Source: Chiloscyllium plagiosum (lineage: Eukaryota). From it: a stretch of DNA of 62,062 nt. The position numbers and the translations under genes were made by a program. Positions 48,801 to 62,062 of this stretch are shown here, one piece after another. The stretch's first letter is position 1. Each line of letters begins with the position of its first letter. The stretch spans positions 17,533,380 to 17,595,441 of the forward strand of contig NC_057751.1 of NCBI RefSeq assembly GCF_004010195.1. The letters run 5' to 3'. The notes beneath the pieces are model-generated. The model searched no databases and was not told the DNA's origin. It saw only the letters and a program-made list of their open reading frames with translations.

Positions 48801-51800
48801 TGTGGCAATCCTCTCCATCCCTGCCCGCTGACATCGAAAAATGTGGATAGAAATTGTGCCTTCATTGTCACTTTGGTTCAGCTCAATGCCAGTGTGATAA
48901 TTTACAATCTGAATACATCTCCCCAACCCACACAGATATTGGTTTCTTAATTCATGCTCTCGATGAATGAACTGTTAACTGTGACATGTCTACACCCTTG
49001 CATATTACACTATAGTGTGCATTGAAAGCATTTGAAATCTTTGGAAAATCTGTGTGAATCTTATGTACTATATTCGCTGGGAGTCTGTAATTTGGAGTAT
49101 CCTAGACTTATAGTAATCATGCAATTTCATATTATGTTAAACATGTTCGGGTGAACATGTTATGTGATTACTACTGAATTAATCAGGCAGCTTTATTGGA
49201 ACTGCATGAAGACTGATAATTTAATAGTGTACACGAAAACATCTGAATTGAAAAGACATGGTTACAATTGCTTCAAAATTCTCTCTCTAAAGCTCTTTGT
49301 ATTCCCATTTCAGGTACAGATAAACGCCACATACGGTGACAAATTTGTCAAAAGTTTACATGCATCAAAAGCATGAGAATATAAAACACATTTGAATGAT
49401 TATTAATCTGGATTAATACAATCCACTCCATAAATTGAGTAACGAAGGACTACCTAATACATTACTTGGTGGGTGTGGCGATATTCTGCTAATGTCATGA
49501 CCAAATCCGAATACGCCAACTTTCCTCGGACTTTTGCATGAATCCCATGTGATGAGAGTTCTAAACAGAGACATCAAGTGACTGGTGGTTGTTAAGATAC
49601 AAGTCCATTGGGTTTGCTAATATCCTTTAAACAAGAAAAGAAATGATGGAATAAACGAAAGCAAGCAAGAAAGAAATGAGTGCATGAATTTATTGTTGCA
49701 TGTATGTTACAGCAAAAAGAAAAACAGTAAAATGCAGTGAACAGCTTTGCAAAATTGCCACTATCATCTTTGCCTCGTCTGTATGTGAGAACAGACCAAT
49801 AGTCTTGTGATGCATCTTTTGAACTGAGCAAAAAATGATTATTGTAATAATGATGCCGACATTATAAATCAATACATAAAACAAACCGTTAATTGCAACT
49901 GCATTTCGATTTTATGCCTTATTAAATAAGTATTAGAACACACAAGGACAAGTGCTTTTTGTCTATTTCCTGTGAGCTGTTCACTCCGCTGTTCTGAATA
50001 GTTGCTGCTACCCTGTCACCATAAATCAAATGCATCGGTGGATTCTTCATCATTGGGATTTCGGAATCATGCAAAGAGACTTAGAGGCTCCAGTAGAACA
50101 GGGAGGGAATTTTAAGAGCCAAATATCTCCTTAATTACTCACCACAGAGCATAATGGTCATTTATTGAGAAGTAGCTGGACAATGCGCAGCTGAGTTTTC
50201 GTGACTGACCACTATGACATTCAGCAAAGTGCAATGAATAAAAGACGACAAAACAAAATAGAGCAAGCGACAGCAACTAAGAGGGGACCATCAGAGAAAG
50301 AAGCAATTGATTCCTCTGATGATAAAAAGTTGACATGAATCATCCCAGCAACCTTTCCTCATCGGAACCATGAACAAGAACCTGTTACATTCTGGCATCT
50401 CCGTTCAATTGCCATTGCAGCTGCTTACACGGGAGGCGCTGTTGCTGTTTAGAAATCAGATTATGCAGAGAAACGTAAACTCTGAGATGCTTTCACAACA
50501 CTCAACCTTCCCAAACTCACACATGACCACATCGTTCTGAAACCCTTTCGTTTTGAGACCGTCTCTGACTAGATTCTAGTCGTTGAGACTGTTCTCCATG
50601 TAGAGAAGAAACTTGAGATGCGATCTGATAAATGCTGTAAAATTATTAGCTGCCTGAACCGAGTAGATAGTGTGAACGTATGAACAAGAAATAGCTGGCA
50701 CCGATTAAAATGGTTTACGAAAGAGGCAGTGTGATGTGAAGCATAAGTATTTTATTTATTCAGGGTCTCGTGTATGAAAAAATTGGGTAGCAGGCACAAC
50801 GTGCATTTCAGAAGTGCCATTGGATGCTCAGTTGGGCTGTATGGTCCACAAAGATATGGTGGAAAAGCGGCAGAGAAGCACTGTAGAATCGAACGTAACT
50901 AGATCATAGAGCAGGCATGAAAAGATGAGTGGCTTCCTTCTGCACTGGGACTCATCTAATTCTGTTTTTTTGTCTTCTTTGCTCTGCAGACCTCATTTCA
51001 CGCTGTCCAAAACACAGCAACAAATATCGCACTGCTCCTCCAAATATTCCCAGCAGGGGATTGAATTTGAGACCAAATCTTTACAACTCTACCTACTTGA
51101 GGCGTTAATCCTTCTTCGTTACTGAAGTTGAACGTGCTGGAAGCATGAAACAAAAACAATTATTGAGAAAGAAATCATCAGTTCAGAAAGCACCCGAAGA
51201 CAGAAACACAGAGATGTCCCTTCAGTCTCTGCTCTAACAATCGAAAAAAGAAACTAGAGTGGAAGATCAAGGAATAAAATATAAAATATCATTGCCTAAC
51301 ATTATTGCATATTGAATGTAAATCGGTACAAAAATTGGAGTGAAAGGTGAATAATTGAAAGGGCAAGAAAAAGAAAACTCACAGAAATGGTTGAGCAAGA
51401 AACAGTTACTGGAAGGAATTGTTGAATATGATAATGGCCAATCATCCAACTTTATCTCAGTTCCCTATCGCTCCCACCATGTCCTTTTGTTCCTTGAGTT
51501 CAGAAAAATAAATCTCCCTCCTTCTTGAAAGCATTCAATATCCTGACCTTAGCCACTTTACATATCAGATAAATCCACAAGCTCATCATTTTAACGCTGA
51601 TTGCCCATTCCAGATCCGTAATCACTCATCCTAAAACTCCTCTTCTGTATTTGTCCACGGAAAGAATCTTTTAATTATTTCAAGGGAGCTGCACGCTTTT
51701 TGCCAAATAATGTTGCAGCTGTTGGCATGAGACTATTCGTTCGGACTGGGTAGATGCAAGTACACATTGACGCTAACACTTTGTATGCCTGCTCTTGATG

Positions 51801-52289
51801 TCATTCATTGAAGATTACAGCAAAGACTGGACCATGTAAAAATTGGACGCTGCACTGAGCCTGATGGATTTTAATGGAAAATGGAGTAATGCTTTAAATT
51901 TTGACCATTGTTTTCAATGTCCCCGGATTGTTTAAATATTCTTGATGCAGCATCAATAACAGAGTGCACACACCCGGGGAATACATGATCCAGAAAATGC
52001 GAAATCCTGAAATCGCTATCTCGCACATGCTCTGATTCTTCGCAGTGCTGTTCTTAAAATAACATACATGTAGCTTAAACTGTACCTTTTCCTGTTCTCG
52101 TCCTAATCTAGGAATGTTTGATAGCGACAATTTCGTGAAATGTTTAATCTTTGTCGAATTCTGTACTGCACGTGTTTGATGTGGACTGTTAAGATGGATT
52201 TTTAGTGCATATCTAACCTTCCCTGGGAGTGTTCGATTGGCAAAATATTGTGGCAAACCTCCTCTGTATCTAAACCTATGTTGTACGTA

Positions 52290-52465
52290 GTTATAGAGTC
52301 ATAGAGAAGTACAGCATGGAAACAGACCTTTTGGTCCAACCCGTCCACACCGACCAGATATCCCAAACCAATCCAGTCTCACCTGCCAGCACCCCGCCCA
52401 AATCTCTCCAAACCCTTCCTATTCATATACTCATCCGAATGCCTTTTACATTGAAATTGTACCAG
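52290..52465 (-). mobile_element. CR1-type LINE 3' tail fragment
   Basis: ATAGAGTCATAGAG...ACAGCATGGAAACAGACC, reverse complement of the tail at 47760-47795. Confidence 0.85.
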
Positions 52466-53218
52466 ACATGGGAGAATTTGGTAGGGATATTTCAGAAGGA
52501 GAATTATGTTGCATCTCAAACCATACTGTCCTTTTCTGTGAAGAGCACAGAAGGGGAATTATTTACATTTTAAATGATTGACGAAGGCTATGTACTCTAT
52601 CCAACCGAGTTCTGTCCCTGTCCTGAGAGTTTCAGATGTGGCATTGCGAGGGAAGCTGCATTCTGTATTATATCTAACACCATGATGTATCTGTGAAGGA
52701 CGTCTTCGGGACAGTGAAACTTTACTTTCTGATCATAAGTATCGAAGGAGGCATATACTTTTTCTGTGCTGCTTTTGCATACTGACTATTTCAGTAAGCC
52801 AGTGTCGTGTGAGAACAATTCTACGTCGAACTCCGTGCTGTTCTTGTTTTGCGAGTGTTCAATGTGACCTATGTATAGGAAACTTTCTTTGTTTCAGTCA
52901 TTCAGGCAGTGATAATGTCACGGACGAGGCCAACATTTATGCTCATTCATTTTTGTTTAAAGGGAAGTTTAAAAGTCAACCCCAAATCTTTGCTCCCGGA
53001 ATCACATGCAGGCCAGACAGGATAAGGATGGAACTTTGCTTCCCGAACGAAATAAATAGATTTTTCCAAAAAATCGACAACTGATTCATTGTAATCATTG
53101 GACTCTGAATTCCGGATTTCTATTGAATTCACATCCCACAACCTGCTGTAGCAGAATTTGAACCTGGTTCGCACGATATTACCTAGGAAACTGGAAAATA
53201 TCCTCATAATCATACCAG

Positions 53219-55114
53219 TAGGCAATCCTAAATTTGTATCGAACTGTGGCAGTGCACAGATTACCCATTTTTACTTTAAGGAGTTTCTACGTTCTTGCTA
53301 TCTCTGCCATTGGCCTTTTTAGTGTGGACAGTGCAGAGCGAGCTTTACGCTTTCTTTCAAATTGCACAGGTATATTTACTATGACAGTGTTGTAACTTTC
53401 CTGAGAGTGATGGATGGGGACTGTGCTGAGAGGGTATTAAGATATATCTACCATTTGCTTCTCCGATTCTGGGAATGTAAGATGCAGACTGTGCAGAGAG
53501 GTTTCCTATGTATTTAACACTCTATTGTAACTGTCTTATAGTTGTTTGCTCAATTCAGTGTGGAAGATGCACTTCCATTTAAACGATCAGATTTCCCGTT
53601 GATCTGTCGGTAACACCGTGCTGATACGGTGCTGGCAGAGTTTGCTGTGTGTGAAGTAGTGATTTATGCAGTTTTACTTTCCTGGGTTGATTGAAGGGGC
53701 ACTGTATATGCAAATTTATTTTCACTTGAAAGGTTAGAGAGCACGATATTCTACATCTAACCCTGTGGTATAGTTTTCCTGGAAATGTTTGATGGCAACA
53801 AGTGTAGAGGCAGCATTGCCTTTATTTTGAACGTGTGGACACATGTACTCTGAGTCTAACACGGACCTGTACCTAAACTGCAGTCGTTCAGAGGAACGGC
53901 GTGGAAAGAGATTTATTTTGATTTTTTTTAAAAAAAGTATAGAAATCTTTAATCTTCATCTGTTCCTGTTGTCAGAATATTTGATGGAGTAGACTGTGAG
54001 GGGAGGTTTAATTTCAATATAAAAGGGTAGAGGAATATTCCGTTTCAGCTTGATTCAGTTGGCCGAGCTTTACTCTGCATTTGGTTCGGTGTTGACGCTG
54101 TGCTGAGAATGGCTAATCCATAGAATCTATACAGTGGTGAAACGAGTCCACACGGTCGCTTCGAAGAGTAACCCACCCACTATATTTACCCCTGATTAAT
54201 GCGCCAAACCTATAACTCCATGAATATTATGGGAAATTTAACAGGCCCAATTCACCTATCCTGCACGTGTTTGGATTGTTGGAGGAAACCGGAGCAAACC
54301 CACGCAGATACGGTGAGGATATGAAAACCCCACACAGACATTCGCCCGACGCTGCAATCCAGCACAAGACCCTGGCATTATGAGGCAGCATAGCTAACCA
54401 CTGAGCAACCTAGGGAAACACTGAAAGGGGTATTTATCATCGGTTTCAAGAGTTGAGGGAAATTTAACGCAATCCTTTCCATATCCAAGAAGTTTTAATT
54501 TGGAACAGTTTGGAGTGAGATTTACTCTGCTGATAAATTCATGTTTTCCCTGTTCTAAGAAGAAATTGCATTCCACAACTTTCATTACTATAGTGAGCAG
54601 CAATGTATATCAGTGCACAAACAGTCCTGAGTACGTTCTCTGAAGTAAAAATGCAATGTTTTGCATCGAATTGCTAGAGGACAGTCATTACTGAAAAAAG
54701 TGTGAGATCCAGGAACAGAAATCGCAGCTGTTCCACGATCTTCTCCATTGGTGCTTCTGACAACCTTTGATCACGTTTAGCATCACAATGTCATCAGCCT
54801 CGCCTTGTTTTGAGAGAAGTAGGTGTTTGTCACAATACTTCATCACAGTGAATATTTTAATTCATGAGGGAATTAACTCAAATGTCATAATGTAATTCTT
54901 CAACATTCAAGAAAACAATATGAAGGTTGATGCAATCGGCCTGCAGAGTGTAAACCTCAGACTTTGGGAATGTAGCCACTCAAGTTATAAGGCAGAGAGA
55001 CTTGCTGCAGCAGAAAAGCACAGCTCATTTTGCAAGGAAAACGCATCTTCCAGTTGAAACAATTCGGAAAGTCTTTTACGTGATCATAGGTGTCACTGGA
55101 GTTCCTGTTAAATG
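53219..55114 (-). repeat. Long inverted duplication, arm 2
   Basis: Reverse complement of 12694-14576. Confidence 0.95.
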
Positions 55115-55254
55115 CTACTTTTCATTGTTGTTCTAAACTGTTTATAACCTGCTTTCTGTGCTTATATCTTCATGGCTCATATTATACGTTGAGTTAGTAT
55201 TAACAAGGAAAAACATAGGCATTCAGCTAAATTCTAGCTCCTCAATTGCTTGAT

Positions 55255-55562
55255 TAGATAAGATTTCATAGTGTGGAAACAGGCCCTCCGGCCAAACCAG
55301 CCCACACCGACCCTCCGAAGAGTAACCCACCCAGACCCATTTACCTCTGACTAATGCACCTAACACGATGGGCAAATTGGCATGGCCAACTCACCTGAAC
55401 TGCACATTTTTGGACCGTGGAGGAAGCCGACGCAGACACGGGGAGTATGTGTAAACTCCAGTGACCGAGGCTGGAATTCCAGACAGTGACCGAGGCTGGA
55501 ATCGAACCTGGGACGCTGGTGCGGTGAGACAGCAATGCTGACCATTGAGCCACCGCGCCGCC
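55255..55562 (-). mobile_element. HE1-like V-SINE with short internal duplication
   Basis: Head GGCGGCGCGGTGGCTCAATGG, B-box GGTTCGATTCC; CAGTGACCGAGGCTGGAAT occurs twice. Confidence 0.9.
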
Positions 55563-56659
55563 CTACTTTGTTTCAACTGTGTTGGCTGTTTGGAGATCAC
55601 AATGCTTTGTATTATGTCAGTATTACATTCAGTGGAACAATGCATTGAAACATGAAACAATGTTTTGTTGAGGGAGCATACACATGGCAAGAATCAAACT
55701 TATGTTCTCAAACGTAAAAACGCACATCATTGTGAATGAAAAGAATAACACTATCTTTTTCGAAGAGCATAATGCTGTGAATTGTGGATTTAGAAAGGAA
55801 CCACGTTCCTTTGTACCGAAGTCATGAAAGCAGCTTCTACAAACAAGAAGGATGTTGCCTAATGGCATACATTGCAAGCAAATTTGAAACCAGAAGTTAG
55901 AGATGCCTTAGTGCGCTTTTGTGGGGTCTTGGTGAGACTGCATTGTGCGCCGTTTCAGAGCCCTTATCTCAGCGAGGATATTCATGCTCTCTAGGAAGTG
56001 CAGCAGACAATCTCGAGGCTGTGGCAGGATGTTGGAAGGCCTGAGAATCATTTTGAGATGAAGGATGTATCATGATCCGGGAAGGCTTGAATGTCAAAAT
56101 GGCCTATTCCTTCTCTGAGCTTGTATATGTTGCCATCCATGAAAGAAATACAGTTAAAAGTAGAATTGCAATTAACTTGGTCACTACCTGTGCTTAAATA
56201 ACTGAGTAAATCTACCAATTATGCACTTGAATAGTCGTCACTTTATATTACTATTCAGTTTGTGAGATATGACCCCCACCTTCAAGTGCAATTGCAGTTA
56301 GTGCTGTGTGTTTGTCGCCGACATGGAGCACAAATTGTTCAGTGATGCTGAAGGAAAGTGCTTTAAGGCTATACATCATTCTTTTGCTATTTTAATAAAA
56401 AGGCAGCTGAATATGACTGCTGAGTATTGGAGATGCACAAAATTTGGGCTTGCGTCACAACTGGATTGCGTATGTCTTCATGCACCATGCTGGTTTACAT
56501 CAATTCCAGTTCTTCCAATCCACCCTAATGTGTATCACAATTTCCATCTAACCAGTACATTTAAAAGTTATACTTGTCAACTGCTCAATCCAATAACAAG
56601 CTCTTCATCTACATAGGTCTCGGCTGAATTCTTCTCAGAATGTACGGACTTGTTTTAAA

Positions 56660-58720
56660 ATTCATGTCTGATGTATTGTCCCCCCGCCCCAGCAGTCCAG
56701 CTTTTATTACTCATCCTTAGCTGCCGTCTAAGCTGCTGCAGCCCATCCCTTGAAGTTTGACCCAAAATGCCATTAGTGAGGGAACACCAGGATTTAGACC
56801 AAGCGAACCTAAAGGAACAGTGATATATTTTGAAGTCAGAATGGTAAGTAACTTGAAGGGGAATCTGAAGGTGGTAAATTTCCAACATTTCTGCTGCCCT
56901 TGTTCTTCAAGTGGAAGATATCATGAGTTTAGGAAGTGCTGCTTAGGATCTTCGGCGAATTCTTGCAGTGCATCTTCTTGGTAGAACACACTAATATATA
57001 CGCAGCAATGTGGAAAATTATGCGTGAATGGACACTCAGAGCATGGTGCAATCATTTTTGAACATCCCCATTCAGACTTTATGATGGAGAGAAGGTGTTT
57101 ATGAAGCAGCTTAAAATTGTTGGGTACAAGATACTACCTTGAATAATTCCTGCAGAGAAGTCCTGGCACTGAAATGGCTGATCTGGAACAACCACGACCA
57201 CCTTCCTGGAAAGATAGTACAGAGAACAATACAGCACAGAACAGGCCCTTCGGCCCACGATGTTGTGCCGAACATTTGTCCTAGCTTAAGCATCCATCCA
57301 TGTACCTATGCAATTGCCGCTTAAAGTTCACCAAAGATTCTGACTCTATCACTCCCACAGGCAGCGCATTCCATGCCCTCACCACTCTCTGGGTAAAGAA
57401 CCCACCCCTGACATCTCCCCTATACCTTCCACCCTTCACCTTAAATGTATGTCCCCTTGTAACACTCTGTTGCACCCGGGGAAAATGTTTCTGACTGTCT
57501 ACTCTATCTATTCCTCTGATCATGTTATAAACCTCTATCAAGTCACCCCTCATCCTTCGCCGTTCCAACGAGAAAAGGCCTAGCTCTCTCAACCTATCCT
57601 CGTACGACCTATTCTCCATTCCAGGCAACATCCTGGTAAATCTTCTCTGCACACTCTCCAAAGCTTCCACATCTTTCCTAAAGTGAGGCGACCAGAACTG
57701 CACACAGTACTCCAAATGTGGCCTAACCAAAGTCCTGGACAGTTGCAACATCACTTCACGACTCTTGAATTCAATCCCTCCGCTAATGAACGCTAATACA
57801 CCATAGGCCTTCTTACAAACTCTATCCACCTGAGTGGCAACTTTCAAAGATCTATGAACATAGACCCCAATATCCCTCTGTTTCTCCACTTCACTAAGAA
57901 CACTACCGTTAACCCTGTATTCTGCTTTCTTATTGGTCTTTCCAAAATGGACAACCTCACACTTGGCAGGGTTGAACTCCATCTGCCACTCCTCAGCCCA
58001 GCTCTGCATCATATCTAAGTCTCTTTGCAGCCAGGTATGACTCCAATTATTGATATCCATTGACTCCCGTTTTGCCAGGGCTCCTTGATGTCATTTCCGT
58101 TTGAATACAGTCTTGATACCAAGGACGATCACTTTCACCTCTTCTCTGGAAATCAGCTTTTTGGTTCACGTTCAGACGAATCCTGCACTGACGTGCAGAG
58201 CTGAATAGTCCCAGCAGAACACAAACTGGGCATTATTGTGCATGTTATTGCTGAGCACATGCTGCTTGATACTACTGTTAATGACACTTCCATCACTTCC
58301 CCGATGATGGCAAGTCGCTTCATTGGGCAGTAAAATGCGGGTTGACTTTCTCCTGCTTTGTATGGACAGCACATACACGTATACTTTTCCATATTGCTGC
58401 GTATATATTAGTGTCGTAACTGTATTGCAACAGCTTGGCCAGGGGAGCGGTAGACTCTGGAGCAGAAGTCGTCTGTACTACTGCCTTTGTTGGGGCGGCA
58501 GTATGTGCAGTATCCAGTGTCTTGAACCGTTTCTTGATATTGCAAGAATTTTATCAAACTGGCTGATGACTGGTATCCGTAATACTGGCGACAACTCGGG
58601 GTGAAGAAATTCAGGATTGAACGCAGTCACGTGCAGATATAACTTCAAGAAGATATTACATTCAAATTTTAAAGGGAGACACTTGGTCACTACTCAGATT
58701 TCCTTTCGAATCATCCAAGT
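56660..58720 (-). mobile_element. Old CR1/L2-group LINE remnant split by a younger CR1 insertion
   Basis: Degenerate IQGS.L motif at about 57130-57150; host sequence resumes after 58030; resembles 39600-40140. Confidence 0.65.
57213..58032 (-). mobile_element. Young 5'-truncated CR1/HER1-type LINE
   Basis: Uninterrupted frame of about 250 aa: WAEEWQMEFNPAKCEV..LVRPHLEYCVQFWSP..RRRMRGDLIEVY..FFTQRVVRAWNALP, plus 3' UTR. Confidence 0.95.
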
Positions 58721-59089
58721 TTCCAGCAAAACCAAAGGGCTTTGACCATTTGGTGGGGACACACTAAAAATAATTCTACTTCCATTTCTCTGCACTTGAC
58801 TCATAGTCTGGCAGTTTTGACATTGCAAGCGCAAGTTCAAAAACGTGCCCAACGTTATAGATCTTTAGTCTCTTCCAGGCTCACAGCCAGTGAGCTCCGG
58901 ATTCCCTCGAAACTCTGAGTAGATTTAGTTTTCTCCTGTCTATTGCCTTAATGCCATGTTCCCAGTCATTGATCCTTCCACCAAATGGACATATTCTTGC
59001 CTATCTCCCCTATCTGTGCCCATCAAAAACTTAAACATCCCTTTCATGTCCCCTTGCATGCTTCTCTACTCCAAGGGAAACAACATATT

Positions 59090-59810
59090 TAGGCAGGAGG
59101 CTGCAAGAACATTGGAAGCCAGGCAGCAAGGGGCGGTGGAGAAGTCGATGTTTCGGGTGTAACCCTACTTCAGGACTTGGGGTGGGTTCAGAGGGAGCTG
59201 CAGATCAAGGGGTTGGTGGAGGCACGGTGACGAATTGGGGATATGTGAAGATAGGTGGTGGGTACATCTGTTTGATCAAAGGGAGGAAATATTCCGTTCA
59301 CTGTCAGGGAGAAGTGGAATGAAGGGGAGGGAATGGGCAGGGAGTGTGGAATGGGGAGGAAGTTTATTTGATATTCGAGAAATCAATGTTGAGTACTCCA
59401 GACGATATGATTTAATTGGAGGAACAACACCTCAGCTTTCGCCGACAACAGGTCGCCGACAACTGGTGGACTCAACATTGATTTCTGTACTTTATTCAAA
59501 CCTCTCTTCACATCCTCCTACACTCCTCCGAGCCCGTCACCCTCCCTTCTACTTCTTGCCACCAAGCGGATTCATTATTCCCATTGACCAACAAAGTCGT
59601 GCCCTCTACCTGTCTTCACCTATCCACACTTCAAAATCCTGACACTGCGCTCACTTTTGCCTGCAACTCCCTCTACAATAACCCCCAGTCCTGAAGAAGG
59701 GTTGCACCCGAAACGTCAACTTCTCCATCTCCAAATGCTGCCAAGTTGCTGTGTTCTTCCAGCCTCCTTCGTGTCTGCTTTCAATTCCAGCGCCTGAAGT
59801 CCTTTTGTAA
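59090..59810. mobile_element. Old inverted pair of Penelope 3' ends with hammerhead motifs on both strands
   Basis: 59090-59400 mirrors 59470-59810; minus 59143-59177 AGUC-CUGAAGU-AGGGU UAC ACCC-GAAAC-AUC-GACU; plus 59687-59721 AGUC-CUGAAGA-AGGGU UGC ACCC-GAAAC-GUC-AACU. Confidence 0.8.
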
Positions 59811-60399
59811 TCTAACCAAGGAAAACAGTCACTGACTGCATTTAGCTCCCTTCCTTTTTTAAATTCTCGAGTTTTGGCAATATCCCGTAAATGACTTTGC
59901 ATCTCCTCCGTTGCAATAGCATCACTACAGCACAGTGAATCCTCCAACGACACACAATACTCCTGTTGTGGCGCAGTTCAACGCTTTATGACTTTTTAGA
60001 ATAATCTTCTTGCTGTAAAAATCTGTGCCTTGGCTAATAAATGAAATATGTTGTAAAACTTCCTCATCAGGGTAACTAAGTTATCCATGAAATACAGACA
60101 CATAGGTATCACTGAATGCATTATTCTTGTCAATCAATGACACTGTGCAAATGCCTCCACGTATTTCTAACCTTTTGTATTGAGTTGCGGAGATCAGTGA
60201 AGTACACAGAATGGTGAAGTTGATGTAACCACAACTTAATGCAATTCCTTTTCTGTTAATGCGTTACTGTAAGCATGGCCTACAGCTGTTTAAATGTATT
60301 TATGTTGAGGAAGGAAATTTACATTTGTTTTTTAAGATAGTGATGAATCTGCAACCACGGTATTCCAATCACAGGGAATTGGCTTCTCCGATCTCAGCA

Positions 60400-61135
60400 A
60401 AGGTTTGGCTTGGGTCGTAGGTTTCGTGCTGCTGAACAAAGAGACGGTGCAGTGCAGGTGCATAGCTCATTGAACGTAGAGTCGCAGGTAGATAAGATAG
60501 TGAAGAGGGCGTTTGGTCTGTTGTCTTTTATTGGTCATAATATTGAGTATAGTAGTTAGGAGGTCATGCTGCAGGTGTACAGGATTTTGTTTAAGTCTTG
60601 TTTGCAATATTTCGTGCAGTTCTGATCTCCTTCCTATCTGGAGAATGTTGTGAAACTTGATAGATTCAGAAAAGACTTTTTTGGACGTTACCACAGTTGG
60701 AGGATTTGGGCTATCGTGAGAGGCTGAATAGGCTGGGGCTGTTTTCCTTGGAGCGACCTCATAGAGATTTAAAAAGTCATGAGGTGTACAGCTAGGTTAA
60801 ATAGACAAAGTCTTATCCCTGGGTTCTCGGAGTCCAGAACTAAAATGCATAGGTTTAAGGTGAGAGGGGAAAGATATAAAAGGGACATATGGGCAACTTT
60901 TTCACACAGAATGTGGTGTGTGTGTGGAATCAGCTGACAGAGGAAGAGGTGGAGGCTGGGACAACTGCAACATTTAAAAGGCATCTGGATGGGCATGTGA
61001 GTAGGAAGGGTTTAGAGCGATATGGGCTAAATGCTGTCAAATGGGACAAGATTAGGTGAGAATATCTGGTCGGCATGTACAAGTTGGACTGAAGAGTCTG
61101 TTTCCGTGCTGTTCATGTGTTCTACAACTCTATAA
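60400..61135 (+). mobile_element. CR1-type LINE 3' fragment
   Basis: YRERLNRLGLFSLE; NFFTQNVVCVWNQL; characteristic 3' UTR. Confidence 0.88.
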
Positions 61136-61394
61136 CGATGAGAATCGACAAGCCCTTGAATCGAATTTGAACATTACTGCACCATCTCGGAAAACTAAAA
61201 CTGTATCAGTAATATCCACATCGTATTTTTCTTTCCCATAGTAAATATACTGTCAATTGCCATCCTGTCTCGGGGAAATTGCAAACTTTCTGCCTGCATG
61301 ACTCTCTACCTGTTGGACATGGCAAGGGTGGATCTGCTGTTTGTTATCACTAAGGTCATACTCCGTAAGATCAAATTCGACTATTTCTCAAAAC

Positions 61395-61695
61395 GTTTAG
61401 AAGAATACAGCGCAGTACAGGCCCTTTGGCCCTCGATGTTGCGCCGATCCAAGCCCACCTAACCTATACTAACCCACTATCCTCCATATACCTATCCAAT
61501 GCCCGCTTAAATGCCCATAAAGAGGGAGAGTCCACCACTGCTGCTGGCAGGGCATTCCATGAACTTACGACTCGCTGAGTGGAGAGAGATGGGCCAAATG
61601 CTGACAAATGGGATTTAAATTTATCTAGGATATCTGGTCAGCATGGACAAGTTGGAACAAAGGGTCTGTTTCCATGTTGTACAGCTCTGTGTGAT
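61395..61695. mobile_element. Two back-to-back CR1 3' UTR fragments (minus 61395-61580, plus 61580-61695)
   Basis: First is the reverse complement of a tail like 26340-26400; second matches the tail at 61020-61110. Confidence 0.75.
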
Positions 61696-61871
61696 GACTG
61701 AGGGAGTGCAAGATTATTGAGGGTGTACAGGAATGTGGAATTGAGGTTGAAATAGATCAGTTGTTGTCTTATTAAATAGTAGATAAGGCTTGAAGGGCCT
61801 ATTGGCTATGTTCCATCATATATCAGAGGCAAGGATTTGCACTTTATGGGGAAGCAGTATGATAATGCTGA

Positions 61872-62062
61872 TGATGGCCTCATGGTATTATCACTGAACT
61901 GTTAATCTATGGATCTGGCTAACATGCTGGGGACCTGAGTTCAAATCCAGCCACAGCTGGATGATGGAGTTTCAGATCAATTCATATCTAGAATGGATCC
62001 ATTGTTGGGGGGTGGAAACCGATCTGGTTCACTAATGCCCATTAGGGAAGGAAATTGCCATC
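61872..62062 (+). mobile_element. tRNA-derived SINE-like head (not HE1), cut by window end
   Basis: A-box-like TGGCCTCATGG and B-box GAGTTCAAATCC; does not fold as a full tRNA. Confidence 0.55.

Overview
This is eukaryotic, repeat-dense DNA, almost certainly from a cartilaginous fish (shark). That call is inferred from HE1-type V-SINEs, HER1/CR1-type LINEs, Penelope elements and the gene families present. There are three assembly gaps. The only apparently intact gene is a two-exon minus-strand rhodopsin-class GPCR of the GPR139/GPR142-like group (exons 27191-26975 and 20777-19876, 372 aa) whose N-terminus is built from a 21-bp tandem repeat. It lies tail-to-tail with a pseudogenised paralog (16805-18414). 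Also present: a NACHT/NLR pseudogene (about 11540-12693) cut off exactly at one arm of a 1.9-kb inverted duplication whose partner lies about 40 kb away; a decayed Gypsy LTR retrotransposon (41193-47009); and an old LTR-bounded ERV-like element (33204-39264, minus) with no recognisable gag/pol but with Env-like membrane-protein remnants. Several Penelope-derived pieces carry minimal hammerhead-ribozyme motifs, including about 200-bp palindromic insertions with 12-14 bp target-site duplications. Repeat boundaries are read by eye and approximate unless a junction sequence is quoted. Family names come from motif recognition, not database searches.
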